Shown one piece after another: positions 30,221 through 38,881 of a stretch of DNA of 64,000 bases. How positions within the stretch are numbered: the stretch's first letter is position 1; each line of letters begins with the position of its first letter. Below the pieces are notes generated by a model that ran no database searches, was not told the origin of the DNA, and was given only the letters and a program-made list of their open reading frames with translations. Origin of the DNA: an uncultured Bacilli bacterium (GTDB lineage: Bacteria; Bacillota_I; Bacilli_A; RF39; UBA660); the NCBI GenBank assembly GCA_934091055.1, contig CAKOKN010000001.1, positions 118,642-182,641 on the forward strand. Reading direction: 5' to 3'. Made by a program: the position numbers and the translations under genes.

Positions 30221-30763
30221 TTAAAATATTTTTGATAAGATACTACTATAAAGGAAATCTATAAAGAATAATGAAAATAATGATAAACTAAGTATTTTTA
30301 ATTCTTGTTTAGATACTTTTGCGGCAAATTTCTTTAGTAATGGAACAATACCATATACTAGGAAACAACCTGATAATCCAAAGAATATTATTGATCTAGC
30401 ACAGACAAAACCTCCGATGTTACCATAGTTTAATATTTCAGTATTGTAGTTCCATAATCTAGTACCACTTATATTAAATAGTAAGTAACCTGTAATATAC
30501 TCTAATAGACCACAGGAGATGGCACTTATTAATAATACTAAAGGCCATTTATCCTTTACTTTATAGGTAGTTAAATATATTAAGAGACTACCAAAAGCAT
30601 ATATTGGTATCCAAGGTCCTATTGTAGTTCCTCTATTTATAAATTTCCCCGTATCTATTTTATAGAAAATTACTTCGTATATATAACCAAAAACACCACC
30701 GATAAACATCATTAGTAGTAATATTAATACTAATGTTTCTTTATCTAATTTATACTTCTTCAT
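30221..30763 (-). CDS. Hypothetical polytopic membrane protein (start at MKKYKL)
   Basis: AGGAG RBS 7 nt before ATG at 30763; the track's upstream extension has no RBS. Confidence 0.5.
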   Translation of the reverse strand: MKKYKLDKETLVLILLLMMFIGGVFGYIYEVIFYKIDTGKFINRGTTIGPWIPIYAFGSLLIYLTTYKVKDKWPLVLLISAISCGLLEYITGYLLFNISGTRLWNYNTEILNYGNIGGFVCARSIIFFGLSGCFLVYGIVPLLKKFAAKVSKQELKILSLSLFSLFFIDFLYSSILSKIF

Positions 30764-30872
30764 AATTCTACTCCTACTATTAGATTGTATCATAATATGA
30801 AATAAAATACAATATTAGGAAGATTTTTGTTTTAGTATATGGTATAATATTAATAGTTTGTAGGTGATTTAG

Positions 30873-32078
30873 ATGGAGGAATTATTATCTATTAAATTAA
30901 GACCTAAGTCTTTAGAGGAAGTTATTGGTCAAGAACATTTGGTTGGTGAAGATAAAATTATTTATAACTTAGTTAAGAGTAAAAAATTGTTTTCAATGAT
31001 CTTGTATGGACATCCTGGTATTGGTAAGACTAGTATTGCGACTGCTATTGCTAATTCTTTAGGTCTTAGATATAGAAGTTTAAATGCTGTTGTTAATAAT
31101 AAGAAGGATTTTGATATTGTTATTGAAGAAGCTAAGTTATATGGTAATATTATTCTTATTGTAGATGAAATTCATAGATTGAATAAAGATAAGCAAGATA
31201 TTTTACTTCCTTATTTAGAGTCTGGAGTTATTATATTGATTGGTATGACTACTTCTAATCCTTATCACGCAATTAATCCCGCTATTAGAAGTAGATGTCA
31301 GCTATTTGAACTTAAGGATCTTACCAGTGATGATATTAAGAAAGGTATTAATAGAGCTATTAATTCAGGTTATTTAGAGGGTATTTCTGTTACTGAAGAA
31401 GCTATTAATTATTTGGCTCTTTTATCTGGGAGCGATCTAAGATATGCTTATAATACGTTAGAAATTGCTTATTATTCAAAGAAGGATAAGAATATTACTG
31501 TAGATGATTTAAATAAGATAAGTAATAGATCTAATAGTTTTTTAGATAAGAATGGTGATGGTTACTATAATGTTATATCGGCTTTTCAGAAGTCTATTAG
31601 AGGTAGTGATGTTAATGCTTCTCTTTATTATTTAGCTAAACTTATTGATGCTGAGGATTTAGATATTATTGTTAGAAGATTATCTGTTATTGTCTATGAA
31701 GATATTGGACTTGCTAATCCTAGTATGGGTCCAAGAGTAGATGCGGCGATTAACAGTGCTTTAAGACTTGGCTTTCCTGAAGCTAGAATTGTTTTAGCAG
31801 AAATTGTTATAGAGCTTGCTTTATCTCCTAAGAGTAATAGTGCAGAAATGGCTATAGATAAAGCTTTAAATGATATTAGAAGTGGTAATAATTTTGATGT
31901 CCCTAAACATTTGAGAAATCCATCTAGTGAATATAAATATCCACATAATTATAAGAATGATTATGTTAAGCAGCAGTATTTGCCTGATAATATAAAAGAT
32001 GTGGTTTATTATACTCCTAAAGATAATAAGCAAGAGAGAATATACAAAGAGATTATTGATAGATTAAGTAAATTATAA
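30873..32078 (+). CDS. rarA: Replication-associated recombination protein A (RarA/MgsA AAA+ ATPase)
   Basis: Walker A GHPGIGKTS, Walker B IVDEIHR, MgsA C-terminal helical domain. Confidence 0.9.
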   Translation: MEELLSIKLRPKSLEEVIGQEHLVGEDKIIYNLVKSKKLFSMILYGHPGIGKTSIATAIANSLGLRYRSLNAVVNNKKDFDIVIEEAKLYGNIILIVDEIHRLNKDKQDILLPYLESGVIILIGMTTSNPYHAINPAIRSRCQLFELKDLTSDDIKKGINRAINSGYLEGISVTEEAINYLALLSGSDLRYAYNTLEIAYYSKKDKNITVDDLNKISNRSNSFLDKNGDGYYNVISAFQKSIRGSDVNASLYYLAKLIDAEDLDIIVRRLSVIVYEDIGLANPSMGPRVDAAINSALRLGFPEARIVLAEIVIELALSPKSNSAEMAIDKALNDIRSGNNFDVPKHLRNPSSEYKYPHNYKNDYVKQQYLPDNIKDVVYYTPKDNKQERIYKEIIDRLSKL

Positions 32079-32091
32079 AAAAAGAATACAT

Positions 32092-33336
32092 TCACTGTAT
32101 TCCTTTTTTGTTTTCTATTTCTTTATATAATTTATCTTTTAATTCTGGATATATTTTGGTAAATGCTGCAACTGCTCTACTATCTTTACTATATCTAGCA
32201 AATTTTGGAATTAAATCGCTATTATCTAATGGTACCATTGCTGGTCTATTGGGATATAAGTATAAATTAATATTTCCTTTTTTTGCTTGTATTAATAGTT
32301 CATTATATATATTATCAATTTTTTCTTCATATAATACTTTTTCGTTATGATTACTTACTATTTCAGCATTCCATCCTGTTTGATTTTCTAAAAAGTTTTT
32401 AGCATCTAATGTATATATAGAGCCGCTAGTATTAAATATATCTTTAAACATTCCTTCTTTTCTCTCTACTAAAGTTACTTTACTATCTCTACCATTTCCA
32501 GATAAGCTATAATATAAGTCACTATGTCTTTCACTTGAGAAAATGAGCGCTATTACTTTAGAATAAGTTGCATAAACCCATTCTTTGTTGTGAGTACTTT
32601 TACTTTTTTTAATTTCTTTTAATCCAGATATGTGACTACCGTGATATACTTGCTGTTTAGTTTCTTTTATAATATTACTTATTACGTAATTAGCTGCATA
32701 GATACCTGCAACTGCGGGTACTGGAGCCATCGAAGCTATAATATCTTTGTTTTCGTTGTTAGGCTTCTCTCTTGAAAATACTACTGGTACTTTGCCACTG
32801 ATTTTTTCGTCTTTAACATATTTTCTAATGCTTTTAGCTAATGGGTCATAAGAAGTATCTTTGATATCGCATACTTCTACTAGATGTGGATTTAGTTTTT
32901 TACCACAACCACATACTGTTATTAGTTTAATATTTTTTTCTTTACATTTTTTAATTAATAGTTTTTTTACTATTACTGTATCACAGGCATCTATTATATA
33001 ATCATAATCATTATTAAATATAGTGTCTATATTGTTTTCGTCTAGTTTTATTGAAAGAGAAGTTACTTCTACTCTACTATTTATTTCTTGTATTCTCTCT
33101 TGCCAAGCTTCTACTTTTAATTTACCGACATTGTTTTCTTTTGCTATTATTTGTCTATTTATATTTGATAAATCTATTGTATCATAGTCTATTAGGGTTA
33201 TATTAGTTATTCCACTTCTTATTAGAGTTTCTATGGCATATCCACCTACTCCACCCACTCCTATAACAAGAACTTTTTTACTTTGAATTTTATTTAAATT
33301 ATCTAATCCTATTAGGGCTATTGTTCTTTCAAACAT
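32092..33336 (-). CDS. ThiF/MoeB-type E1-like enzyme (TcdA-like tRNA t6A dehydratase) with ~170-aa C-terminal extension
   Basis: N-terminal Rossmann VLVIGVGGVGGYAIETL ... DYDTIDLSNINRQ; the C-terminal third has no recognisable family. Confidence 0.65.
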   Translation of the reverse strand: MFERTIALIGLDNLNKIQSKKVLVIGVGGVGGYAIETLIRSGITNITLIDYDTIDLSNINRQIIAKENNVGKLKVEAWQERIQEINSRVEVTSLSIKLDENNIDTIFNNDYDYIIDACDTVIVKKLLIKKCKEKNIKLITVCGCGKKLNPHLVEVCDIKDTSYDPLAKSIRKYVKDEKISGKVPVVFSREKPNNENKDIIASMAPVPAVAGIYAANYVISNIIKETKQQVYHGSHISGLKEIKKSKSTHNKEWVYATYSKVIALIFSSERHSDLYYSLSGNGRDSKVTLVERKEGMFKDIFNTSGSIYTLDAKNFLENQTGWNAEIVSNHNEKVLYEEKIDNIYNELLIQAKKGNINLYLYPNRPAMVPLDNSDLIPKFARYSKDSRAVAAFTKIYPELKDKLYKEIENKKGIQ

Positions 33337-33842
33337 TATTTTATATATTTATAGGTGGATACTTTTTCTTTGAATATATTAGTTAATATTTCTATATCTT
33401 TTGCTTCGAGATTTGTTTTATCTACGATTAAAGCTCTTGTATTATTAATATATAGATAATATGATTCTTCTACTTCAATTACTTTTTTTAGCGTATTATA
33501 ATCTATATATTCTTTTTTATCATTTATTAGTTCGAAATTATTTTTTTTGAAGGTATAAGTTAACTTGGTGTTAAATACGCTATCTTTCTTTTTAAGTAAT
33601 CTTTTATAGTTTACTTTAGGTATAATACCTGTATTTACTTCTAGGATACCTAATACTACAAAGATAAAAGTTATTATATCTATAGTTTTTACTTGATCTT
33701 TAGTAAAGAAGTTAATAATTACTACTAGAATTAGTATATTTAGTATTATTCTTACTGTTTTCATTGATTCAAAGTAATGGACTTCGAGAAATTTTTTTAA
33801 TATATTTTCATTATATATTGTTGTTGTTTTTATTTCTTTCAT
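33336..33842 (-). CDS. YcxB-like small membrane protein
   Basis: Two central TM helices, size and pattern like YcxB-family proteins; GAGGTG RBS. Confidence 0.4.
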   Translation of the reverse strand: MKEIKTTTIYNENILKKFLEVHYFESMKTVRIILNILILVVIINFFTKDQVKTIDIITFIFVVLGILEVNTGIIPKVNYKRLLKKKDSVFNTKLTYTFKKNNFELINDKKEYIDYNTLKKVIEVEESYYLYINNTRALIVDKTNLEAKDIEILTNIFKEKVSTYKYIK

Positions 33843-33879
33843 AGTTACACCTCAGAAATAGTATATCATAAATGAGGAC

Positions 33880-33945
33880 AAAAAAAAAGACCCAGATGGA
33901 CCGATTCTGTAAGATAAAACCCGCGGCGTAAGTCACAGGTGGGTC
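33880..33945 (-). terminator. Intrinsic terminator/attenuator in the 5' leader of the ycxB-like gene
   Basis: Minus-strand GACCCA...(45-nt GC-containing insert)...TGGGTC followed by T9; it sits about 40 nt before the RBS, so it is a leader terminator and not a 3' terminator. Confidence 0.35.
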
Positions 33946-34145
33946 AGCACAACAATCTAATTAGGATCCTTACTTCATAAGCAAGTATTCAACACATAAA
34001 TTGTATTAGCTCCCCTATTTATATCTTTAGTCGGTTTTATACTAAAGATGTCGTATCCTCTAGGCAATTTAATTATATCATAGTCTTAATTTATATTCAA
34101 TATTTTTGATTATATTTGACAATTATTTTACTTAAAGTATTTTTA

Positions 34146-34198
34146 TTTTTGAGACCTCAAGACTCAAAAATACCCCGGAAGACAAAAGGCTTACGGGG
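34146..34198. repeat. Paired-hairpin intergenic repeat, copy E3: tttttgag-ACCTCAAGA-ctcaaaaa TA ccccggaag-ACAAAAGG-cttacgggg
   Basis: Same architecture and flanking TAAT..AAATAAAT tail as copies E5 and E7; lies just 3' of a minus-strand gene. Confidence 0.6.
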
Positions 34199-34217
34199 TA
34201 ATAAAAGATAAATATAA

Positions 34218-35741
34218 TTAATTCGTTTTTCTTCTTACTAAAGTATATTTTTTATTATCTTCGATAGTATCTGGAGTTATAATTAACTTTTCATAGGTAT
34301 TAGGATTAGTGGCTATTTCAAAAGAAGCTTCAGATAGTGCTGTTTCGATTATTTCATCTAGACTACGAGCGCCAAGATTATTATTTGAGGCTTTTAGAGC
34401 AATAGCTTTTTTTGCTGCTTCTTCTACTATAAGATCTATTTCTCTCTTTTTAAAAAACTCTTTTTGAGTATTTAAAACACTATTTTTAGCACGGTTTAAT
34501 ATCTCTAAAAGACTATTATAGTCTAATTCATTCATCTGAACAATAATATTAAATCTACCTACCAATTCAGGAATCATACCATTCTTTATAAAATCTTCTT
34601 TAGTTAAATCTTTATATTGTCTCTTTTTAGATTTCTGTTCAAACCCTACTACTTTTTCTTCTTCTAATTCTATTCTAGACCAACTACCCATTGCTATTAC
34701 CATTAGTCTTCCTGTTTCAAAAGTTGTTTGACTACCTTTATAGGTAACTAAGTAAGAACCGTCTTCGATCATCTTTAGAAGGTTTTCTTGAACATCTCTT
34801 TGGTTTACTGAGGAAGTGTCTTTTGTCTGGGATATTTTATCTATTTCATCTATTATTAGAATGCCTCTTTCAGCTTTATCTAAGTTACCATCAGCTTTTT
34901 CTAGTAGTGCTGTTAACATATCTTCAACACTTCTTCCTATGTAACCAGTGGCTGAGTATTGAGGAGCAGATGCTATTACAGTTGGAATGCCTATTTCTTC
35001 AGCAATTATTCTAAATATTTCAGTCTTACCTACTCCAGTACTTCCATTTATTAAGATATTTCTTGATTTATTGTCAGAGAAATCGTTATACTGTTTCCAT
35101 ATACCTACGAGTATTTTTCTTATTGGTTCATCTTGATTTATAACATTAGAAGTTAATTCTTTATATAGAGCATTTATGTCTATAGATTGATTATCTTTAT
35201 TTTGACTACTAGTACTCTCTATCTCTGCGGTTTTAATATGCTCTTCGATGGCTTCTTTTATTATTTTTTTATCTTCTTGTTGTTTTTCGTTCTCTTCGAT
35301 TTTTAGATAATTTTTTAATAAATCAGGACAATACTCTAAATAGTATGGTAAGAGTGTGGAATCAAATAGTGGTGTTTTTTTGCTAGGATTTTGCTTACTT
35401 GTGATAATTATAACTGGCACTTCATCATCTACTATTTGTGCTAATTGATAATAGTAACCACGACTGTTCTTTAGAAGTAATGCTTTTACTACTGGTAGTG
35501 GTATATGAGGATACTGCTTACGAATATTTTCAATGCTTATGCAATTTGCAAAGCCGTATGTCTCTGGATTATCAATTAGATGATGATATATGGTATTATC
35601 TTTGTCTGTGAAAACTTCATTGTCCTGATCGAATACTCCTTCGATTACTTTTATTGGTATAAACTCTATTGTTTGTTTTCCAATTCCATACGATGGATGT
35701 GTTATTTTAAAAATAACTGCTAGTTCTTGTGCTTTTCTCAT
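34218..35741 (-). CDS. ClpX/HslU-type AAA+ unfoldase paralog lacking the Zn-binding domain, with a novel ~200-aa N-terminal domain
   Basis: The C-terminal 300 aa carry Walker A INGSTGVGKTEIFRIIAE, Walker B ILIIDEIDKIS and a ClpX-like sensor region; no CxxC zinc ribbon. Confidence 0.6.
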   Translation of the reverse strand: MRKAQELAVIFKITHPSYGIGKQTIEFIPIKVIEGVFDQDNEVFTDKDNTIYHHLIDNPETYGFANCISIENIRKQYPHIPLPVVKALLLKNSRGYYYQLAQIVDDEVPVIIITSKQNPSKKTPLFDSTLLPYYLEYCPDLLKNYLKIEENEKQQEDKKIIKEAIEEHIKTAEIESTSSQNKDNQSIDINALYKELTSNVINQDEPIRKILVGIWKQYNDFSDNKSRNILINGSTGVGKTEIFRIIAEEIGIPTVIASAPQYSATGYIGRSVEDMLTALLEKADGNLDKAERGILIIDEIDKISQTKDTSSVNQRDVQENLLKMIEDGSYLVTYKGSQTTFETGRLMVIAMGSWSRIELEEEKVVGFEQKSKKRQYKDLTKEDFIKNGMIPELVGRFNIIVQMNELDYNSLLEILNRAKNSVLNTQKEFFKKREIDLIVEEAAKKAIALKASNNNLGARSLDEIIETALSEASFEIATNPNTYEKLIITPDTIEDNKKYTLVRRKTN

Positions 35742-35763
35742 TATATATCCCCCTTATAGTTAA

Positions 35764-37506
35764 TTAGTCTCTTATTTTAATATGTGTTTCTCTTAGTTGT
35801 TTTTCAAATATTTCATTAGGACAACCCATCATAGCGTCTGCACCATTGGCTCCTAATGGGAAGGCAACCATTTCTCTTATGTTTTCTTCATCTTTTAATA
35901 GCATTAATATTCTATCAATACCAGGAGCCATACCAGCGTGAGGAGGCGCACCATATTGAAAGGCTGTATATAGGCTTTTGAATTTGTTCTCAACATCTTC
36001 TTCAGTATATCCTGCTAATTCAAAGGCTTTCTTCATTATTCTAATATCGTGATTTCTTACTGCTCCAGAAGCCATTTCGTAACCGTTACATACAAAGTCG
36101 AATTGATATGCTAGTACTTTATCAATATTTTCTTCAGTTAGAGTTTCTAGTCCCCCTTGTGGCATACTGAATGGATTATGTCCGAAGTCCCAAGTGTTTT
36201 CTTCTTCATTGTATTCATACATTGGAAAATCGTTAATGATACAAAATTCAAATTTTTCTTTATCTATTAATTCTAATTCTTCTCCTAGTTTTGTTCTAAG
36301 AAGACCTGCTAGTTTATTTATCTTGTTTTTAGTGTCTGCTAATATAAATAGAGCACTATTTGGTTTTAAGTTAGCTACTTCTATTAGTTCTTTTCTTATG
36401 TCATCATCTAAGAATTTATCTATTGATGACTTGAATGATAGATCCTCTCCTACTTTAATATATGCAAGAGCAGGAGCTCCTACACTCTTCATATATTCTT
36501 CCATTTTTTTATACCAAGAATTTGATTTGTCTATTTTTTCTACTGTTATTCCTCTTATTTGTGAAGTTTTAAATGGTTCAAAACTACTTTTTGATAATAC
36601 TTCAGTTAAATCTTTGATAATTAATGGATTTCTTAAGTCAGGTTTATCTGTTCCATAAGTTAACATTGCCTCTCTATAAGGGATTCTTCTAAAAGGTGTA
36701 TTACTTACTTTTTTGTTACCAAAGTGAGTAAAGATATCATAGAAGATTTTTTCTCCTACTTTATAGACATCTTCATCTGTAGCAAAAGACATTTCTAGGT
36801 CTAATTGATAGAATTCACCATATAGTCTATCACTTCTTGGATCTTCATCTCTAAAACAAGGTGCTATTTGGAAATATCTATCAAAACCAGAGCACATTAG
36901 TAATTGTTTGAATATTTGTGGTGCTTGTGGTAGTGCATAGAATTTACCTTTATATTTTCTTGATGGCACTATAAAGTCTCTTGCTCCTTCTGGTGAAGAG
37001 GCTGTTATTATTGGAGTTTGTATTTCAGTAAACTTCATTTCTTTCATTATTTTTCGCATATAATCTAATACTTCGGTTCTAAATAGTATTCTATCATGTA
37101 TTTTAGGATTTCTTAAGTCTAGATATCTATATTTTAGTCTAGTATCTTCGAAAGCTTCAGTACTTCTATTTATTTCAAATGGTAAGACGTTTTTGGCCTC
37201 TCCTAGAACTTCAAAGGAAGTTACTAGTATTTCAACTTCTCCTGTTTTCATATTTGGATTAGTCATTCCTTCAGCACGATGTCTTACTGTTCCTGTTACG
37301 GTAAGAGTACTTTCTCTTGTGATGTCTTTAAATTGTTCCATCTCTTCACTTATTAACTGGATTAGACCTGTTTCATCTCTTAATGTCATAAATACGAGGC
37401 TTCCTAGATTTCTTTTTTGCTCTAACCAGCCTGCTACTCTTACTTCAGTGCCTATCTCTTTAGTGGATACTTCTCCACAATAGATTGTTCTGTATTTGTT
37501 TTTCAT
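35764..37506 (-). CDS. aspS: Aspartate--tRNA ligase
   Basis: 580 aa, N-terminal OB fold, class II motifs (FRDE, GLDR), bacterial-type insertion domain. Confidence 0.9.
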   Translation of the reverse strand: MKNKYRTIYCGEVSTKEIGTEVRVAGWLEQKRNLGSLVFMTLRDETGLIQLISEEMEQFKDITRESTLTVTGTVRHRAEGMTNPNMKTGEVEILVTSFEVLGEAKNVLPFEINRSTEAFEDTRLKYRYLDLRNPKIHDRILFRTEVLDYMRKIMKEMKFTEIQTPIITASSPEGARDFIVPSRKYKGKFYALPQAPQIFKQLLMCSGFDRYFQIAPCFRDEDPRSDRLYGEFYQLDLEMSFATDEDVYKVGEKIFYDIFTHFGNKKVSNTPFRRIPYREAMLTYGTDKPDLRNPLIIKDLTEVLSKSSFEPFKTSQIRGITVEKIDKSNSWYKKMEEYMKSVGAPALAYIKVGEDLSFKSSIDKFLDDDIRKELIEVANLKPNSALFILADTKNKINKLAGLLRTKLGEELELIDKEKFEFCIINDFPMYEYNEEENTWDFGHNPFSMPQGGLETLTEENIDKVLAYQFDFVCNGYEMASGAVRNHDIRIMKKAFELAGYTEEDVENKFKSLYTAFQYGAPPHAGMAPGIDRILMLLKDEENIREMVAFPLGANGADAMMGCPNEIFEKQLRETHIKIRD

Positions 37507-37677
37507 TTTTATCTTCCTTTCTTATAGAAAAAGAGCACATTAATTATTCTATAGGGACGGATTATATCCGCGGTGCCACCCTACTTCACTAATGTGCTCT
37601 TTATAGTTTATATCGGAACTATCCGTTTCTATTTTTTGTTATTATCTGTCACTAATAATAATAGAAAATCTATACTT
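37507..37677 (-). ncRNA. T-box riboswitch leader (putative Asp specifier GAC) controlling aspS
   Basis: Minus strand contains AGGGTGGCACCGCGG (T-box sequence, plus-strand 37568-37584) and a terminator AAAGAGCACATTA...TAATGTGCTCTTTTT. Candidate specifier GTGACAGA in stem I. Confidence 0.7.
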
Positions 37678-37706
37678 ATTATATAATTATTATTGTTAAT
37701 TGTCAA
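37678..37706 (-). promoter_or_regulatory. Consensus sigma-A promoter for the aspS T-box leader (-35 TTGACA, 17 nt, -10 TATAAT)
   Basis: Reverse complement of 37678-37706 is TTGACA-attaacaataataatta-TATAAT. Confidence 0.6.
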
Positions 37707-37715
37707 TTATTATTT

Positions 37716-38429
37716 TTAATTTGTTTTAGAACTATCTCCTGTTTTATAGTCTATGGTTATACCTTCTTGAACGTTATAGACAAAGACATTAAACTTTATT
37801 CCTTCACCTTGGTCTTCTACTGAAAGAGCCTCTATTTGAACTCCATCTGCTAAGAGGTTATCATCTTTGAATATTGGTGTTACTCTATATAGGACGTGAT
37901 TATTTGTTTCTTTTATGTAGTCTGCTACTTTATTTTCAAATTCTAACATTCCTACGGTATTCATATATCTTGTGCAGGTAATTAAGTTCTTTTCATTAGC
38001 GTTTTCTCCAGTTAATTGGTAACCTATTAGATGGCAACGATTATAGAGATATTTACCATCGACATTATCATATTTTATGGTATGCCAACCTGTTGGTTTA
38101 ATAGAACCTATTGAACCTCTTTTTTCTGTTGGCATTAATTCTTTTGATATATTGGCAGAAACAGTGGTACATCTTCCTAGATGGTCTAAATCACCATATT
38201 CTTCATATGCTTTAGTTGTCATCTCCTCTTTAGTAAAATTTGGTTCATTATTATTTATTACTACATAGGGAGAACCGCTATAGGAGGGAATATCAGTAAT
38301 AGTATTTGTTTCTGCAAAAGTATCTTTTATTAAGTATTTATTTATATCTTCTTTATAATAGTCATAAAAGATAATTGGCAGGATTAATAATAGACTTAGG
38401 GCTAATTTCTTTTTACTCTTCTTCTTCAT
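37716..38429 (-). CDS. Secreted DNA/RNA non-specific endonuclease (NucA/EndA-like)
   Basis: Signal peptide/anchor then a region around NRCHLIGYQL resembling the DRGH catalytic motif of this family. Confidence 0.65.
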   Translation of the reverse strand: MKKKSKKKLALSLLLILPIIFYDYYKEDINKYLIKDTFAETNTITDIPSYSGSPYVVINNNEPNFTKEEMTTKAYEEYGDLDHLGRCTTVSANISKELMPTEKRGSIGSIKPTGWHTIKYDNVDGKYLYNRCHLIGYQLTGENANEKNLITCTRYMNTVGMLEFENKVADYIKETNNHVLYRVTPIFKDDNLLADGVQIEALSVEDQGEGIKFNVFVYNVQEGITIDYKTGDSSKTN

Positions 38430-38443
38430 ACTTTTTTACTTCC

Positions 38444-38881
38444 TTACTTTTCTAACATTATAGTAATTGGTCCATCATTTATTAAATTTACTTTCATATC
38501 TGCGCCAAAGATACCTTCTTCGATGGGAATATTTGTATCTTTTAGTTTTTGATTGAATTTATTATATAGTACACTAGCGTAATCTCCTCCTAGAGCTTTA
38601 ATGTAAGATGGTCTTCTTCCTTTTGAGGCATCAGCATATAGTGTAAATTGACTTATTGATAATATACTTCCTTTGACATCTAAAAGAGATTTATTCATAA
38701 CACCATTTTCATCATCAAAGATACGAAGATTTATTACTTTGTCAACCATATAATCTATTTCTTTTTCACTATCTCCTTCAGTAAAGCCGACAAATAGTAA
38801 TAGACCTTTATCGATCTTTCCTACTATTTTATCTTCTACTGTTACACTAGAAGATAGTACTCTTTGTATTAATACTTTCAT
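38444..38881 (-). CDS. dtd: D-aminoacyl-tRNA deacylase
   Basis: N-terminal MKVLIQRV...GLLLFVGF and the C-terminal SQFTLY motif; canonical position downstream of relA. Confidence 0.85.
   Translation of the reverse strand: MKVLIQRVLSSSVTVEDKIVGKIDKGLLLFVGFTEGDSEKEIDYMVDKVINLRIFDDENGVMNKSLLDVKGSILSISQFTLYADASKGRRPSYIKALGGDYASVLYNKFNQKLKDTNIPIEEGIFGADMKVNLINDGPITIMLEK

Noticed and set aside
33843-34140. Known ncRNA identities (SRP RNA, 6S, tmRNA, RNase P, fluoride/preQ1 riboswitch) for the structured leader
   Set aside because: None of the hallmark conserved motifs of these families could be found by eye; left as an unassigned candidate.
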